Assembly (NCBI GenBank): GCA_002269645.1
Contig: NIVC01000137.1
Location: 1-64,000, forward strand
Direction: 5' to 3'
DNA length: 64,000 nt
DNA from: Macrostomum lignano
Taxonomy: Eukaryota
The position numbers and the translations under genes are program-made. The notes under the pieces are model-generated. The model saw only the letters and a program-made list of their open reading frames with translations, had not been told where the DNA came from and made no database searches. This document shows positions 19,095 through 32,594 of the stretch, piece by piece; within the stretch, counting starts at the first letter, position 1; every line of letters starts with the position of its first letter.

Positions 19095-21420
19095 ACGAGA
19101 GACAGTGAGATGGAGGGAGAGACAGGGGGATGGAGGGAGAGCCAGGGAGATGGAGAGATAGTGAGATGGAGAGACAGTGAGATGGAGGGAGAGACAGGGA
19201 GATGGAGGGAGAGACAGGGAGATGGAGGGAGAGACAGGGAGATGGAGGGAGAGACAGGGAGATGGAGAGACAGGGAGATGGAGATGGAGGGAGAGACAAT
19301 GAGATGGAGAGACAGGGAGATGGAGAGACAGTGAGATGGAACGAGAGACAAGGAGATGGAGGGAGAGACAGGAAGATGGAGATAGAGAGAGAGACAGTGA
19401 GATGTAGGGAGAGACAGTGAGATGGAGGGAGAGACAGTGAGATGGAGGGAGAGACAGTGAGATAGAGGGAGAGACAGTGAGATAGAGGGAGACACAGTGA
19501 GATGGAGGGAGACACAGTGAGATGTAGGGAGAAACGGAGAGATGGAGGGAGAAACAGAGAGATGGAGGGAGAAACAGAGAGATGGAGGGAGAAACGGAGA
19601 GATGGAGGGAGAAACAGAGAGATGGAGGGAGAAACGGAGAGATGGAGGGAGAAACAGAGGGATGGAGAGAGAAACAGAGAGATGGAGGGAGAAACGGAGA
19701 GATAAAGGGAGAAACGGAGAGATGTAGGGAGAAACAGAGAGATGTAGGGAGAGACAGGGAGATGGGGGGAGATAGTGAGATAGAGGGAGAAACAGAGAGA
19801 TGGAGGGAGAAACAGAGAGATGGAGGGAGAAACAGAGAGATGGAGGGAGAAACAGAGAGATGGAGGGAGAAACAGAGAGATGGAGGGAGAAACAGAGAGA
19901 TGTAGGGAGAGACAGGGAGATGGGGGAGATAGTGAGATGTAGAGAGAAACAGAGAGATGGAGGGAGAAACAGAGAGATGGAGAGAGAAACAGAGAGATGG
20001 AGGGAGAAACAGAGAGATGGAGGGAGAAACAGAGAGATGGAGGGAGAAACGGAGAGATGGAGGGAGAAACAGAGAGATGGAGGGAGAAACGGAGAGATGT
20101 AGGGAGAAACAGAGAGATGTAGGGAGAGACAGGGAGATGGAGGGAGAGACAGGGAGATGGAGGGAGAGACAGGGAGATGGAGGGAGAGACAGGGAGATGG
20201 AGAGACAGGGAGATGAAGATGGAGGGAGAGACAGTGAGATGGAACGAGAGACAGGAAGATGGAGGGAGAGACAGGAAGATGGAGATAGAGAGAGAGACAG
20301 TGAGATGGAGGGAGAGACAGTGAGATGGAGGGAGAGACAGTGAGATGGAGGGAGAGACAGTGAGATAGAGGGAGAGAAAGTGAGATGGAGAGAGAGACAG
20401 TGAGATGTAGGGAGAGACAGTGAGATGGAGGAGAGACAGTGAGATGGAGGGAGAGACAGTGAGATAGAGGGAGAGAAAGTGAGATGGAGGGAGACACAGG
20501 GAGATGGAGGGAGACACAGTGAGATGGAGGGAGACACAGTGAGATGTAGGGAGAAACAGAGAGATGGAGGGAGAAACAGAGAGATGGAGGGAGAAACAGA
20601 GAGATGGAGGGAGAAACGGAGAGATGGAGGGAGAAACAGAGAGATGGAGGGAGAAACGGAGAGATGTAGGGAGAAACAGAGAGATGGAGAGAGAAACAGA
20701 GAGATGGAGGGAGAAACAGAGAGATGGAGGGAGAAACGGAGAGATGGAGGGAGAAACAGAGAGATGGAGGGAGAAACGGAGAGATGTAGGGAGAAACAGA
20801 GAGATGTAGGGAGAGACAGGGAGATGGGGGGAGATAGTGAGATGTAGGGAGAAACAGAGAGATGGAGGGAGAAACAGAGAGATGGAGGGAGAAACAGAGA
20901 GATGGAGGGAGAGACAGGGAGATGGGGGAGATAGTGAGATAGAGGGAGAAACAGAGAGATGGAGGGAGAAACAGAGAGATGGAGGGAGAAACAGAGAGAT
21001 GGAGGGAGAAACAGAGAGATGGAGGGAGAAACAGAGAGATGGAGGGAGAAACAGAGAGATGTAGGGAGAGACAGGGAGATGGGGGAGATAGTGAGATGTA
21101 GGGAGAAACAGAGAGATGGAGGGAGAAACAGAGAGATGGAGAGAGAAACAGAGAGATGGAGGGAGAAACGGAGAGATGGAGGGAGAAATAGAGAGATGGA
21201 GGGAGAAACAGAGAGATGGAGGGAGAAACGGAGAGATGTAGGGAGAAACAGAGAGATGTAGGGAGAGACAGGGAGATGGGGGGAGATAGTGAGATGTAGG
21301 GAGAGACAGTTTGAGATGGAGGGAGACAGGGAGATGGAGGGGGAAATAGTGAGATGGAGGAAGAGACAGGGAGATGGAGGGAGAGGCAAGAAAGATGGAG
21401 AGATAGAGATGAGAGATGCA
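19095..21420. repeat. Purine-rich ~20-bp minisatellite (GAGATGGAGGGAGAAACAGA and variants)
   Basis: Tandem GA-rich units with sub-blocks; produces the spurious 800+ aa minus-strand ORFs. Confidence 0.97.
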
Positions 21421-21559
21421 GGGAGAAGAGGAGTGATGACACAGGCACAGACATGTTAATGAAGTGAGTTGGATCCGAGGAAGGAATATGACATATGCCT
21501 TCTCCATCATACGCTCGTACATATGACATATGCCTGTAGGCATTGTATCTGTCGATGCA

Positions 21560-22342
21560 TTAACTCTGAAAGCGCCAGGCCGGTAGTGTTGGCTTTGGCT
21601 TACCGCAGTTGTTGCAGATCTTGCCCCTGGCTGCGTCGCAGGTGGCGTGGCCCCGCTCACCGCATCAGTAGCAGGTGTTCATCTGGCTCGGCTTTGATCT
21701 CGGTTCGCTGGCGGGTCCGCGTCTGTCTGTCGCTGTTTTGCTGCTCCTGGCCAGGCTAGCTACCTGGGCGTCGGTGGTCTTCTCCATCTCAGCAGCCTGC
21801 TCTTCCGCAGCCTCGAATGCTCTGGCCTTCCGCAGGGCATCCTCCAGCGTGATGTCTGCTTCTTGGAGCAGCCGTCTGCGCAGTTTGTCGGAGGTGCATG
21901 TCGCGACGAGCTGGTCCCGGATGAGCGAGTCCCTCAGGTTTTCGAATTCGCACGGTTCGGCTGCCGCCCGCAGTCTGCTGTGCCAGGCCTCGATTTTGTC
22001 ACCAGCTTGTTGGATGCACAGGCGAAATTGGTATCTCGCAAAAACGATGTTTTTCCTGTCGTCGAAATGGCGCTTCAGTCCGTCGAAGATGCTGGCCAAT
22101 GTGTGCTCCTTCTCTTCGCCTTCAACCTGAAGCTTTGGTAGCTCGCGAACGATATCAGAGACCTCCTTTCCGGCAGTGTAGCAGAGCAGCTTGCACTTCT
22201 GGTTCTCATTTGCAACTCCGGACGCCTCGATAAAGTCTGTGAAGCGCGCTGCCCATTCGCGCCAACGCTTGCCAGCGTTGTGAGGGTCGTCAGAGATGAC
22301 AAATGGTTCGGGGGGTGGTAGAGCGATGTAATTTGTGGCCAT
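21560..22342 (-). pseudogene. Ty3/Gypsy-type gag remnant with two zinc knuckles, no pol
   Basis: PPPEPF...WREWAARF..FIEA, FARYQFR..IQ..G.KIEAW..RLR..A..CEF...RD..IRDQL; then CY*CGERGH...C...A.GKIC.NCGK with a premature TGA at 21665 and a frameshift. Confidence 0.8.
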
Positions 22343-22664
22343 GCCCCGCGCTGGATGCGGTTGCTTGCGATGCCACTGTAGTGAGTGAAACGAGGCTAGA
22401 CTGCTTGTTGTAGTCGATAGTTGCCAAAAGCTTGCAGGCGAGAATAATAGCGATCAGTATATTTATTGAATTATTGAGCTGAGTCAGAATGGTGGCTAAA
22501 GTCGCACCATGCACATTTGATATTGTACGCATAAGGGTTGAGCTAGCAGAGTCACGCAGCGCAGCCGCTAACAACCCCCCAACACACACGATAGTAGGCG
22601 CTGCCTACAGCTACCAGAATAACAGAGGAATAAAATCTTTAAGGGCTAATAGTTATCTAAGAAT

Positions 22665-22728
22665 AATACTCAGACTAAATACTCAGACTAAATACCCAGA
22701 CTAAATACGCAGACTAAATACTCAGACC
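22665..22728. repeat. 13-bp tandem repeat ATACTCAGACTAA, ~5 copies
   Basis: Visible tandem units. Confidence 0.85.
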
Positions 22729-22835
22729 TATTCTAAGAAATATTCTCAAACTTATTTTTAAGATTAACAAACCCAAAATTTATTAATAGATAGTCTTGGC
22801 AGCTACCAACATTTATAAAGACAGAAGTTAAGCCC

Positions 22836-22911
22836 TGTAACAACTGTTGGTGACTTAGTGATAGGATTTACTAAAGAGAACAATAACCACTGTTACAACT
22901 TGGTGGCAGCG
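22836..22911 (+). mobile_element. Possible LTR remnant with tRNA-Leu-type primer binding site
   Basis: TGTAACA...AATAA...TGTTACA (62 bp, inverted 7-bp ends), followed 3 nt later by TGGTGGCAGCG. Confidence 0.3.
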
Positions 22912-25312
22912 AGTAAGACTAACAGAAGAACAATTAAGAGCCCTGGGACACTACTATAGTCTATATAGTATTAGCAGTAATTTATATTAAAATTTTACAA
23001 AAAGAACAATTAAGCTATAGTAATTTAAATCAGAAAGAATATTTTTAAAATATAATAATCAGTATAGCATTGTAGATTTTTGTTAGAACTAACTTGTAAC
23101 TTTTAAAGCAGCTTGATTCCAGTTTCAACAATTCTATGTTTCTAGTTTAAAATTAGTGAAATTTTTTTCTTGGAAAATTGTCAAGTGGCAATTGCCATTT
23201 TCCTAATAAAATTTTCCAAAGCATTTTTGTTGCTAAAGGCCAAAACTAAGAGCTGTAAGATACATATCACATACAGATACAGGAAAAAAATACAAATTTT
23301 TTATTTTCTATGAGGTGTTTCGTTTTTGGTGTTAGAATGAAAAAAAAAGAATTAATCAAATATCTTTTACTATTTTTAGTTAGTTAAAGTTAACAATTTC
23401 AAAAAGTTGAAGCATGCAAAAGTAGAGGAAATTATTAGTTTATGAAATTATGTAAATTGACAAAGCAGGTGCTTTGCTTACTAGCTACTGCCGACTGCTC
23501 AATGTAATTAACAAGTATTTTTTTAGTGCAAGCTGCCCGCAGCTGGACTGCGAACGAAAATAAAAAATACCAATTTTCGTGCTTTCTTTCAAATGTGTAC
23601 GATCAGAAGTTCGTTGATATTTTAAAATATAACAAAGTAGATTACTTTTTGTACAAGGTATGCGTGAGAATAGGAATTTAAAGTCATTTATTTGTTAAAA
23701 AACTAAATTTACATAATATTTTAGTTCAATTGTTTGTAACTTGCTCTTAAGTTGCATCATTCTTTACTTTTAACACTCGACAATAATCGATATTAATTTA
23801 ACATTTAAACACAACAGTTCCCCATCAGTGTCACAATCACGTAGCAGAATAGGACACGTTTTTTTTCGGCTTCAGAAGCGGTCAATACATGTTTTGTGTA
23901 CGAAAATGTATTAGTAAGCAGTTCCCCCACACTCCATTTTGGTTTGCTGTTCGGAAAAAAATCAGAATTTAATAATTACTTTTTCGAATCTTGAAAGCTA
24001 ATTTATGAATGCTTTTTTCAACTTGTTGACATTCGAAGTCAATGATTGGTTTTCTAACTTGTTTCGGATATTCTGGGTAATACTATAACCTATAGTATAA
24101 CCAGTCAACCAGACTAACCACTAACCAGTATAGCCTGCATAGCCATAGCCCATAGCATAGGTGTGAGCGCGCTATAAGGGTAAAGCTATAGATAGCGAAT
24201 AGGAATCATAAAATTGCCAGCTAGCATTATAGACTTAGTAAAAAAGTTTTTATAGGCTAAGAACCAGCTGCACCTGCATGTAATTGGTTATATACATTTG
24301 TTTGTTTCTTGTTTATATAATATTTTGATTTAAAGCTTTGGTAAAATAATTGATAGGTTTATTTCTCAGGTGCTCTTGTAGTATAATTTTTTTCATTAAA
24401 AATAAGCTGGCTCAAATATTAACAAATTGAATACTATAGAATTAAAGAAAGTACCCTATTAATATGCTATAGAATTGTTACTCTGATAGCATTAAGCCCT
24501 AATTAGTTCTAAATCATTTACAGATAGGGTAAAAACTAGCTAGCTACTGCTCTAGCTACTGCTAGCTATTCTCTGGATATGATAAAACAGATTATTATTT
24601 AACATTATATCTAGAAATAATCTGGGCTTTATGACCCTTTAGCTATATAGGCACTAGGCCTATGCCTATATGATTATGCCTAAATATTTATACTTTTCTA
24701 TAGAGGTTAATGTACAATTTAGGCAGTATAAGAAAATGCTAAATTTGTTGTAACTAAAATTGGCATTGAAAGCATAAAACTTAATTGCAAAATTTAAAAT
24801 CTATAATATAATACTATAATATAATATACTATATTGTATTCCTATATACTAAAAATTAAATGTCTGTAACTAGCTATGCGATAGATTTCAGAAAAATTGG
24901 CTCAACCGATTTTCTTCAAACTTGCACCATTCGATCAGAAATTTTCCTGGGACGGTACATGCATCTTGGCTAAAAAATTGCTCAGTGTTAAAGGGATTAA
25001 ATATTCGAAAAACATGCTTTTTTGCAAAGGTCAAGCCAAATTTTCGACTTGAATTGCATTGTAAGAATGCTAGAGAAAAAACTGACTGACTGAATTTTGA
25101 TTCTGATAAATATTACATCACAACAAGTTGAAAACAGTGTCGAAGAAATGCGCACAAGACTTGATTTAAATTGTGTAATTATATTGCTAACTTCAATTGA
25201 GACGGATACTGGCTGACTGAGAAATTGATTATGTCATACACCTTTTTACACTAAACGACTTGCTGTAAGTATTGAATTATAAGGGCCAAAATTCATGTTC
25301 TCCAATTGAAAA

Positions 25313-25380
25313 GAGATAGTCTAGATGCGAACAAACTGGACTGCTAATGTAGCGACCTGGGTTCGAATCTTAGTAGTGCA
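25313..25380 (+). other. Degenerate tRNA-derived (SINE-head-like) sequence
   Basis: A-box-like GATAGTCTAGATG, GACTGCTAAT and B-box GGTTCGAATC with tRNA-like spacing; no complete cloverleaf. Confidence 0.35.
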
Positions 25381-25414
25381 AAATAATTTTTTATTAAAAC
25401 ACCTTAAAAACACA

Positions 25415-28100
25415 AAATGCTAAACATAAAAGAGCCACTATGTCAAACATTACAGAGCCACCATATTGAACATAAAAGAGCCACCATATTAAAAATAAAA
25501 GAGCTACCATGTAAAACATTAAAGAGCCACCATATCAAGCATAAAAGACCCACCATGTCAAACATGTACGTGACTCCATGTCAAATATTGAAGAGACACC
25601 ATGTCGAACATTAAAGGGCAACCATGGAAAACATATACGTGACTGGATGTCGAACATTAAAGAGCCATGTCAAACATATACATGACTTCATGTCAAATAT
25701 TGAAGAGACACCATGTCGAACAGTAAAGAGCTACCATGACAAAAATAAAAGAGCCACCATGTCAAACATAAAAGAGCCACCATGTAAAGCATAAAAGAGC
25801 TCCCATGTCAAACATGTACGTGACTCCATGTCAAATATTGAAGAGCCACCATGTAGAACATTAAAGAGCGACCATTTCAAACGTAAAAAGCCACTATGTC
25901 AAACATAAAAGCGCAACCATGTAAAACATGTACGTGACTCCATGTCAAATATTGAAGAGCCACCATGTAGAACATTAAAGAGTGACCATTTCAAACGTAA
26001 AAAGCCACTATGTCAAACATAAAAGCGCAACCATGTAAAACATGTACGTGACTCCATGTCAAATATTGAAGAGCCACCATGTCAAACATAAAAGAGCCAC
26101 CATGTTGAACATTAAAGAGCCACCATGTCAAAAATAAAAGAGCCACCATGTAAAGCATATACGTGACTCCATGTCGAACATTAAAGAACCACCATGTCAA
26201 ACATATATGTGACTCCATGTCAAACATAAAAGAGCCACCATGTCAGACATGTACGTGACTCCATGTAAAACATTTAAGAGCCACCATGTAAAAAATATAC
26301 GTGACTCCATGACAAACATATACGTGACTCCATTTCAAACATTAAAGAGCCACCATGTTAAACATATAAAAGAGCCACCATGTAAAGCATATACGTGACT
26401 CCATTTCAAACATTAAAGAGCCACCACGTCAAACATAAAAGATCCACCATGTCAAACATTATTGAGCCACTATTTCGAATATTAAAGAGCCACCATGTCT
26501 AAATTAAAAAGCCACTGTGTCAAACATTAAAGAGCCACTATTTCGAACATTAAAGAGCTACCATGTCAAACATTGAAGAGCCACCATGTCAAACGTTTAA
26601 GAGCCACCATGTCAAACATTTAAGAGCCACCATGTCAAAGCTAAAAGAGCCACCATGTCAAACACTAAAGAGCCATCATGCCAAACCTAAAAAAGCCACC
26701 ATGTCTAAGATATACGTGACTCCATGTCAAACATTAAAGAGCCACCATTTCGAACATTAAAGAGCCACCATGTCAAACATAACAGAGCCACCATTTCAAA
26801 AATTAAAGAGCAACGATGTCGAACATAAAAAAGCCACCATGTGAAACATAAAAGAGCCATCATGTCAAAAATATACGTGACTCCATGTCAAACATTTAAG
26901 AGCCGCCATGTCAAACATTAAAGAGCTATCATGTCAAACACAAAATAGCCACCATGTCAAACATATAAGAGCCACCATGTCAAACATTAAAGAGCCACCA
27001 TGTCAATCATAACAGAGACAACATTTCAAACGTAAAATGGCCGCCATGGCGAACATTAAAGAGGCACCATGTCAAACATAAAAGAGACACCATGTCAAAC
27101 ATTAAAGAGCTACCATGTCAAACATTAAAGAGCCACCATGTCAAACATTAAAGAGCCACCATGTCGAACATAAAAGAGCCACCATGTCAAACATATACGT
27201 GACTCCATGTCAAACATTAAAGCACCATCATGTCAAACATATATATGACTGCATGTCAAACATAAAAGCGCCACCATGGTGAACATTAAAGAGCCACCCT
27301 CTCAAACATAAAAGAGCCACTATGTCAAACATATATGTGACTCCATGTCAAACATTAAACATAAAAGAGACACCATGTCAAAACATTATTGAGCCACCAT
27401 GTCAAACATTAAAAAGGTTGTTTGTTTACTCATAAAAGAGATAAAACACATAAAAGAGCCACCATGTCAAACATATATGACTCCATGTCAAACCTTAAAC
27501 ACAAAAAAGACACCATGTCACACATAAGGGAGCCACCATATCAAACATAAAAGAGCTACCATGTCAAAACATTTTTGAGCCATTATGCCCAATATAAAAA
27601 GACACAATTTCAAATGTAAAAGGGCCGCCATGTCAAACATAGAAGAGCCACCATGTCGAACATTAAAGAGCCACCATGTCGAACATAAAAGAGCCCCCAT
27701 TTCAAACATTAAAAAGCTATCATGTCAAACACAAAAGACCCACCATGTCAAACATAGAAGAGACACAATGTCAAACATAGAAGAGACACCATGTCAAACA
27801 TAGAAGAGCCACCATGTCAAACAACTAAGCCACCATGTTAAACATAACAGAGACAACATTTCAAACGTAAAAGGGCCGCCATGGCAAACATAGAGGAGCC
27901 ACCATGTCAACATTAAAGAGCTACCATGCCAAATATAGAAGAGCCACAATGTCAAACATTAAAGAGCTATCATGTCAAACACAAAAGAGCTACCATGTCA
28001 AACATAGAAGAGCTACCATGTCAAACATTAAAGAGCCACCTTTTTAAACAAAAAAGAGACACCATTTTAAACATAAAAGAAGTGTCATGCCAAACAAAAT
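25415..28100. repeat. Degenerate 21-22-bp minisatellite (TAAAGAGCCACCATGTCAAACA with TACGTGACTCCATGTC variant)
   Basis: Recurring core ...CCACCATGTCAAACAT... over 2.7 kb with many substitutions. Confidence 0.93.
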
Positions 28101-28149
28101 GGAACATTATAAAGCTAAGGAAATTCTTGCACTAGCTACTTGTTCTCTG

Positions 28150-28520
28150 GTGGATGCTTGCTATTTAAGGATGGATACTTGCTATCAGGGGGATGCTTGC
28201 TCTTGGGGGTGGAGAGTACTTGCTATCTGAGAGGGGGTTGCTAGATATCTATAAGGTCTCTTTGTATCCAGGTTATGCTTGCTATCAGGGGTTGCTTGCT
28301 GTCTGGGGGATGCTTGCGATCTGGGGGATGCTTGCTATCTGGGGGATGCTTGCGATCTGGGGGATGCTTGCTATCTGGGGGATGCTTGCTATCTCGGGGA
28401 TGCTTGCTATCTTGGGTTGCTTTCTATCGGGGGGATGCTTGCTATCTGGGGGATGCTTGCAGTCTGGGGGATGCTTGCTATTTGGGGATCGATGCTTGAA
28501 TGCTGTCTGAGGATGCTTGC
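28150..28520. repeat. 18-bp minisatellite GATGCTTGCTATCTGGGG
   Basis: Tandem units, degenerate at the edges. Confidence 0.9.
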
Positions 28521-29012
28521 TGTCTTGGGATGTTTTGTTTTTAAGAGGGAATGTCTGTTGTTTTTATGAAGGCTTTATTTTGCTGTCTATTTGTTGTTTG
28601 TAAAGAACAAGGATTCTATCCAGATGTCCCCCATCGGGGGGCAAAGATTGCTAGTTATATACTATATATATTATATACTATACTATAATATAATAATGTT
28701 TAGCAACTTTAAATAAAAGTGGAAGACCAATTTTATTGTTTATTAAAGTTTATTACAGCTTATTTTGCACTTAATGCATGTATATCTAAATCTTATTTTT
28801 TTAATAATATTTTATAGTTATAGAGAAACATTATGGCCTTAGGCTTAGTGCAATGCAAACATTTCAAAATTTTATGTAGCATCTGTAACTTTGGTTCTCA
28901 CACTATCAAAATTTGACTCTATTTCTTCTATTTAGAGCTTAGATACTTTTTTAGATATTTGCATTTTTCTATTTATTTTCCAATCTACTCTACTTTATGC
29001 AGTGTGTTACAA

Positions 29013-30158
29013 ATGTCAGCAGCTTCTAGACGCCCTGCAACGGTGGGCTTTGGCCCATCTGGCCAAGCTGCTGGCCTATCGACTGTCTCTCAAGGTGCAG
29101 CTCCTCCATTACAGCAGCAGCCGCTGCCCCGGCCTTCAACCCCATCATCGCAGCAGTCTTTCTCCGCTGTTGCTGAGGAATGCGCCGACCATTTTCACCG
29201 CCTGGTCTGCGGCCTCGTAGCCGTGGTCCAGTGCGCCCTGCTCAATTACTACTTAGTAACGGGTCTGAGCGTTGCCTGGCTTTGGTTCCTTGTCGCTGAC
29301 ATAGTCGTGATCGGAGCCTTAGTCTATGGCTTTGTCAACACCTACCTTTACAGGCGGGGCCAGTACACGAGGTTCCTTGAAGCGAAACAGCCCGGCGAAA
29401 TTCCATTTGCCTGGGCCCTGTGGCTGCTGAACCAGGCCTGCGTGGTTGCTCGCCTAATCGTTATATACTACTCGTTTGGTACAACAGTAGGCGCATGGGG
29501 GAATGTCGGCTCAAATCTGCTGCGCACAACCGGAGCACTGAGCTGCGTGACGGGATTCCTATTGATGAAATCCCTGCTGCTGGGACCGCCGTTCATACTG
29601 AAGAATCATTTGTTCATCTTCCGCATCGGAGCGGAAACTGCCATCGATGTGCTGGACGCTGTCGACTTTCTCGACGTGCTGTTAGTGAATAATTCGCGTC
29701 AACGCCTGCCAGCGGGTCTGACTGAGTGCATTCTGACTTTTGCCGCGGCCACACTGCTGGCTCCAGCCTGCCTGATGTCTGTGTACTCGTTCAGCCGGTT
29801 CGGCTACCTGACCACAGTCAAGAGTCGCTTAGTTCGATCGCTGCACCTGCTGTTCTCAGTGCTGCTGTGCAACCTGCCTCTGTTCATTATCCGACTCTAC
29901 CTGTGGTACAGCCTGTCACTGACTCTTGTGTCAGCTTTTGTGGTGAAAAATATTCTGTTCATCTATTTGAACTTCACCGATTTGATGCGCCAGCTTCTGC
30001 CTGAGATGGCTGGCCAGTCGGCTTTGCCTGGAACTGCTGCCGCTGCGGCTGCTTCTGTTGGTGCTTCTATAAGCCAACAACAAGCTGATGTCGGGTCTCT
30101 TGAGCAGCCGCCTGAGAGTCTGTCGGGATCCAGGGCTGGGCTCATTACGTCGCCATAA
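29013..30158 (+). CDS. Multi-pass membrane protein, TMEM121/CECR6-like (381 aa, single coding exon)
   Basis: GC-richer coding island in AT-rich DNA. Several hydrophobic helices; IDVLDAVDFLDVL, NLPLFIIRLYLW and FVVKNILFI motifs recalled from the CECR6/TMEM121 family. ATG 29013 chosen because it follows a splice acceptor (TTTATGCAG, 29002). Family call from memory. Confidence 0.75.
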   Translation: MSAASRRPATVGFGPSGQAAGLSTVSQGAAPPLQQQPLPRPSTPSSQQSFSAVAEECADHFHRLVCGLVAVVQCALLNYYLVTGLSVAWLWFLVADIVVIGALVYGFVNTYLYRRGQYTRFLEAKQPGEIPFAWALWLLNQACVVARLIVIYYSFGTTVGAWGNVGSNLLRTTGALSCVTGFLLMKSLLLGPPFILKNHLFIFRIGAETAIDVLDAVDFLDVLLVNNSRQRLPAGLTECILTFAAATLLAPACLMSVYSFSRFGYLTTVKSRLVRSLHLLFSVLLCNLPLFIIRLYLWYSLSLTLVSAFVVKNILFIYLNFTDLMRQLLPEMAGQSALPGTAAAAAASVGASISQQQADVGSLEQPPESLSGSRAGLITSP

Positions 30159-30240
30159 AATTTTAGTTAGTGACCATTTTGAGTCGTTCTGAGACTGTAA
30201 TTCTACCATTACTAGAGAGCATTCCTTGACTGTGCCAAAA

Positions 30241-30990
30241 ACTGGCCCTAGACTGTACCAATAACTGGCCCTAGACTGTACCAATAACTGGCCCTAGACT
30301 GTATCAATAACTGGCCCTAGACTGTACCAATTACTGGCCCTAGACTGTACCAATAACTGGCCCTAGACTGTACCAATTACTGGCCCTAGACTGTACCAAT
30401 AACTGGCCCTAGACTGTTCCAGTAACTGGCCCTAGACTGTATCAATAACTGGCCCTAGACTGTACCAATAACTGGCCCTAGACTGTACCAATTACTGGCC
30501 CTAGACTGTACCAATAACTGGCCCTAGACTGTTCCAGTAACTGGCCCTAGACTGTATCAATAACTGGCCCTAGACTGTACCAATAACTGGCCCTAGACTG
30601 TACCAATAACTGGCCCTAGACTGTTCCAGTAACTGGCCCTAGACTGTATCAATAACTGGCCCTAGACTGTACCAATAACTGGCCCTAGACTGTACCAATA
30701 ACTGGCCCTAGACTGTTCCAGTAACTGGCCCTAGACTGTACCAATAACTGGCCCTAGACTGTTCCAGTAACTGGCTCTAGACTGTATCAATAACTGGCCC
30801 TAGACTGTTCCAGTAACTGGCTCTAGACTGTATCAATAACTGGCCCTAGACTGTTCCAGTAACTGGCTCTAGACTGTATCAATAACTGGCCCTAGACTGT
30901 TCCAGTAACTGGCTCTAGACTGTACCAGTAACTGGCTCTAGACAGTACCAATAACTAACCCCAGATTTTGCCAATGACTGGGCTTAGACT
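30241..30990. repeat. 23-bp minisatellite ACTGGCCCTAGACTGTACCAATA
   Basis: ~31 tandem units beginning ~80 bp after the membrane-protein stop. Confidence 0.97.
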
Positions 30991-32594
30991 GTAACAACAA
31001 ATAGCCATTTGGTTGAAGTTGCTGGTACCCACATTCCGTCAATGTGTACCAGCAATTCGCTGTATATCCTAACCAGGAAGTATTCTGAAAGTTTTTTGGT
31101 TAAACGCTGCTAGCAAGTTTGCGATTGACCTTTTGTACTTATTGCAAACGACGACCCCAACAGATCAGTGTTAGTCAGCTACCGATATATATCGAAGTTT
31201 GATAATCTTTTGTAAACCTTTTAAACAATGAAGAAGTAGCGTTTTCTGTCTACTTGATGCCTCATTTCTCACGTAGGATCAGGCAACCGAAATCTAATTA
31301 AAATTAAAGTTTTGCATGTTTACTGTTTTTTTGTGTTTTTGTAATATTCACCACTTTTATCGGTTTTCTAATTTTCTTAATGGTGTACTTACTCTGTTTT
31401 CATTACTGTAAATAACTTAAACAGTTTGCATACTGGTGCCTAGGAAAGTTTTATTTTCTCCAGCTGTTGAATTCAGCCATATTCTTCAAATCATTCCATC
31501 AAATTTTCTCAAGTTTTCTACATAGCTTACTGTTAGTAGGCTAATTAAAATATTTTGCTGGTGATCTGGTATGCTCGAATTGTAATAATTCCTATTTTTT
31601 TCCTCCAGAGCTTGTAAAATTGAATTAATTTCGGTTTTTACAGATCATATTCCTTGAGAATGACAAATTGCTTTTGGTTGTGATTTTAATGATATTTTCT
31701 AATCTTAAAAATTGGTTATCATTTTCTCAAAGAAAATTACATATATTTTGTATATTAAACTATAAAATTTGGATATTATAATCTTATTACTGCAAAGATG
31801 ATAGCCTGTTTGATACAGAGGACCTGCGCTACTAGTCAAAACTTATATTTGTAATTAGCAAACCTCTTGATCAAACATTGATATTTTAAACTTTATATAT
31901 TAATTACTAAACGCAAATAAAATATTGAATTGCCAAAAGACTCGCGTTGCTTTTTTGCTTTGCAAATAATTTTTGGGTTTTATTTCACTTTAAATGCTGT
32001 TGTCATTTTTGACAGTCATTTCTTTAATTTTCTTTTCAATTTGAAATTGCGCAGTTCTCTAATAATCCACTGAATGAAAGTGGCTGGGCACCGATATGCA
32101 GAGAGATCAATATAAACACATTTGCACCAACCCAAAGACCTTGGGGACCCACCCAGGGAACCGGAGACCTAACCGATCTAGAGACACTGTCACCCAGGTG
32201 TACATGCAGACACTGCTGCTCGTTTAGAGAAGCTATTACACAGATAGTCATCTAATATCTATAGACCCTGAAGCACATCTAGAGATTCTGACACCATCTA
32301 TAAATCCTAGGACGCATCTATTGATCCTGACATGAATCTATCGACTCTAACATCTATCTATAGACCCAGACATTCATCTATATGTCCTGACATTTTGGAG
32401 ACGAGCTGTGTGCACCCTTTAAGCGACATTGTCACACAGCCGGCGAGAGGCATTGCTGCCCATTCCGCCGACTCCCCTGAGCAGGCATACAAGCGCAATG
32501 ATACGTACGCAGTCATACGCACAGGCACACACTCACACAGGAGTGTACAGTGGCCCTAACTTTATTTATCACTAAAGCATGTACTCTTCACTGT

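Noticed and set aside
18987-21660. Three 800+ aa minus-strand ORFs (S/L/P/H-rich)
   Set aside because: All three frames are open simply because the GA satellite lacks stop codons on that strand.
25313-25380. Functional tRNA-Ser gene
   Set aside because: A/B boxes are present but acceptor and anticodon stems do not pair; treated as a SINE-like relic.
25417-28135. Cys/His-rich ORFs resembling zinc fingers (CQTLKSHH)
   Set aside because: No C2H2 spacing, short ORFs in shifting frames, and derived from a 21-22-bp satellite.
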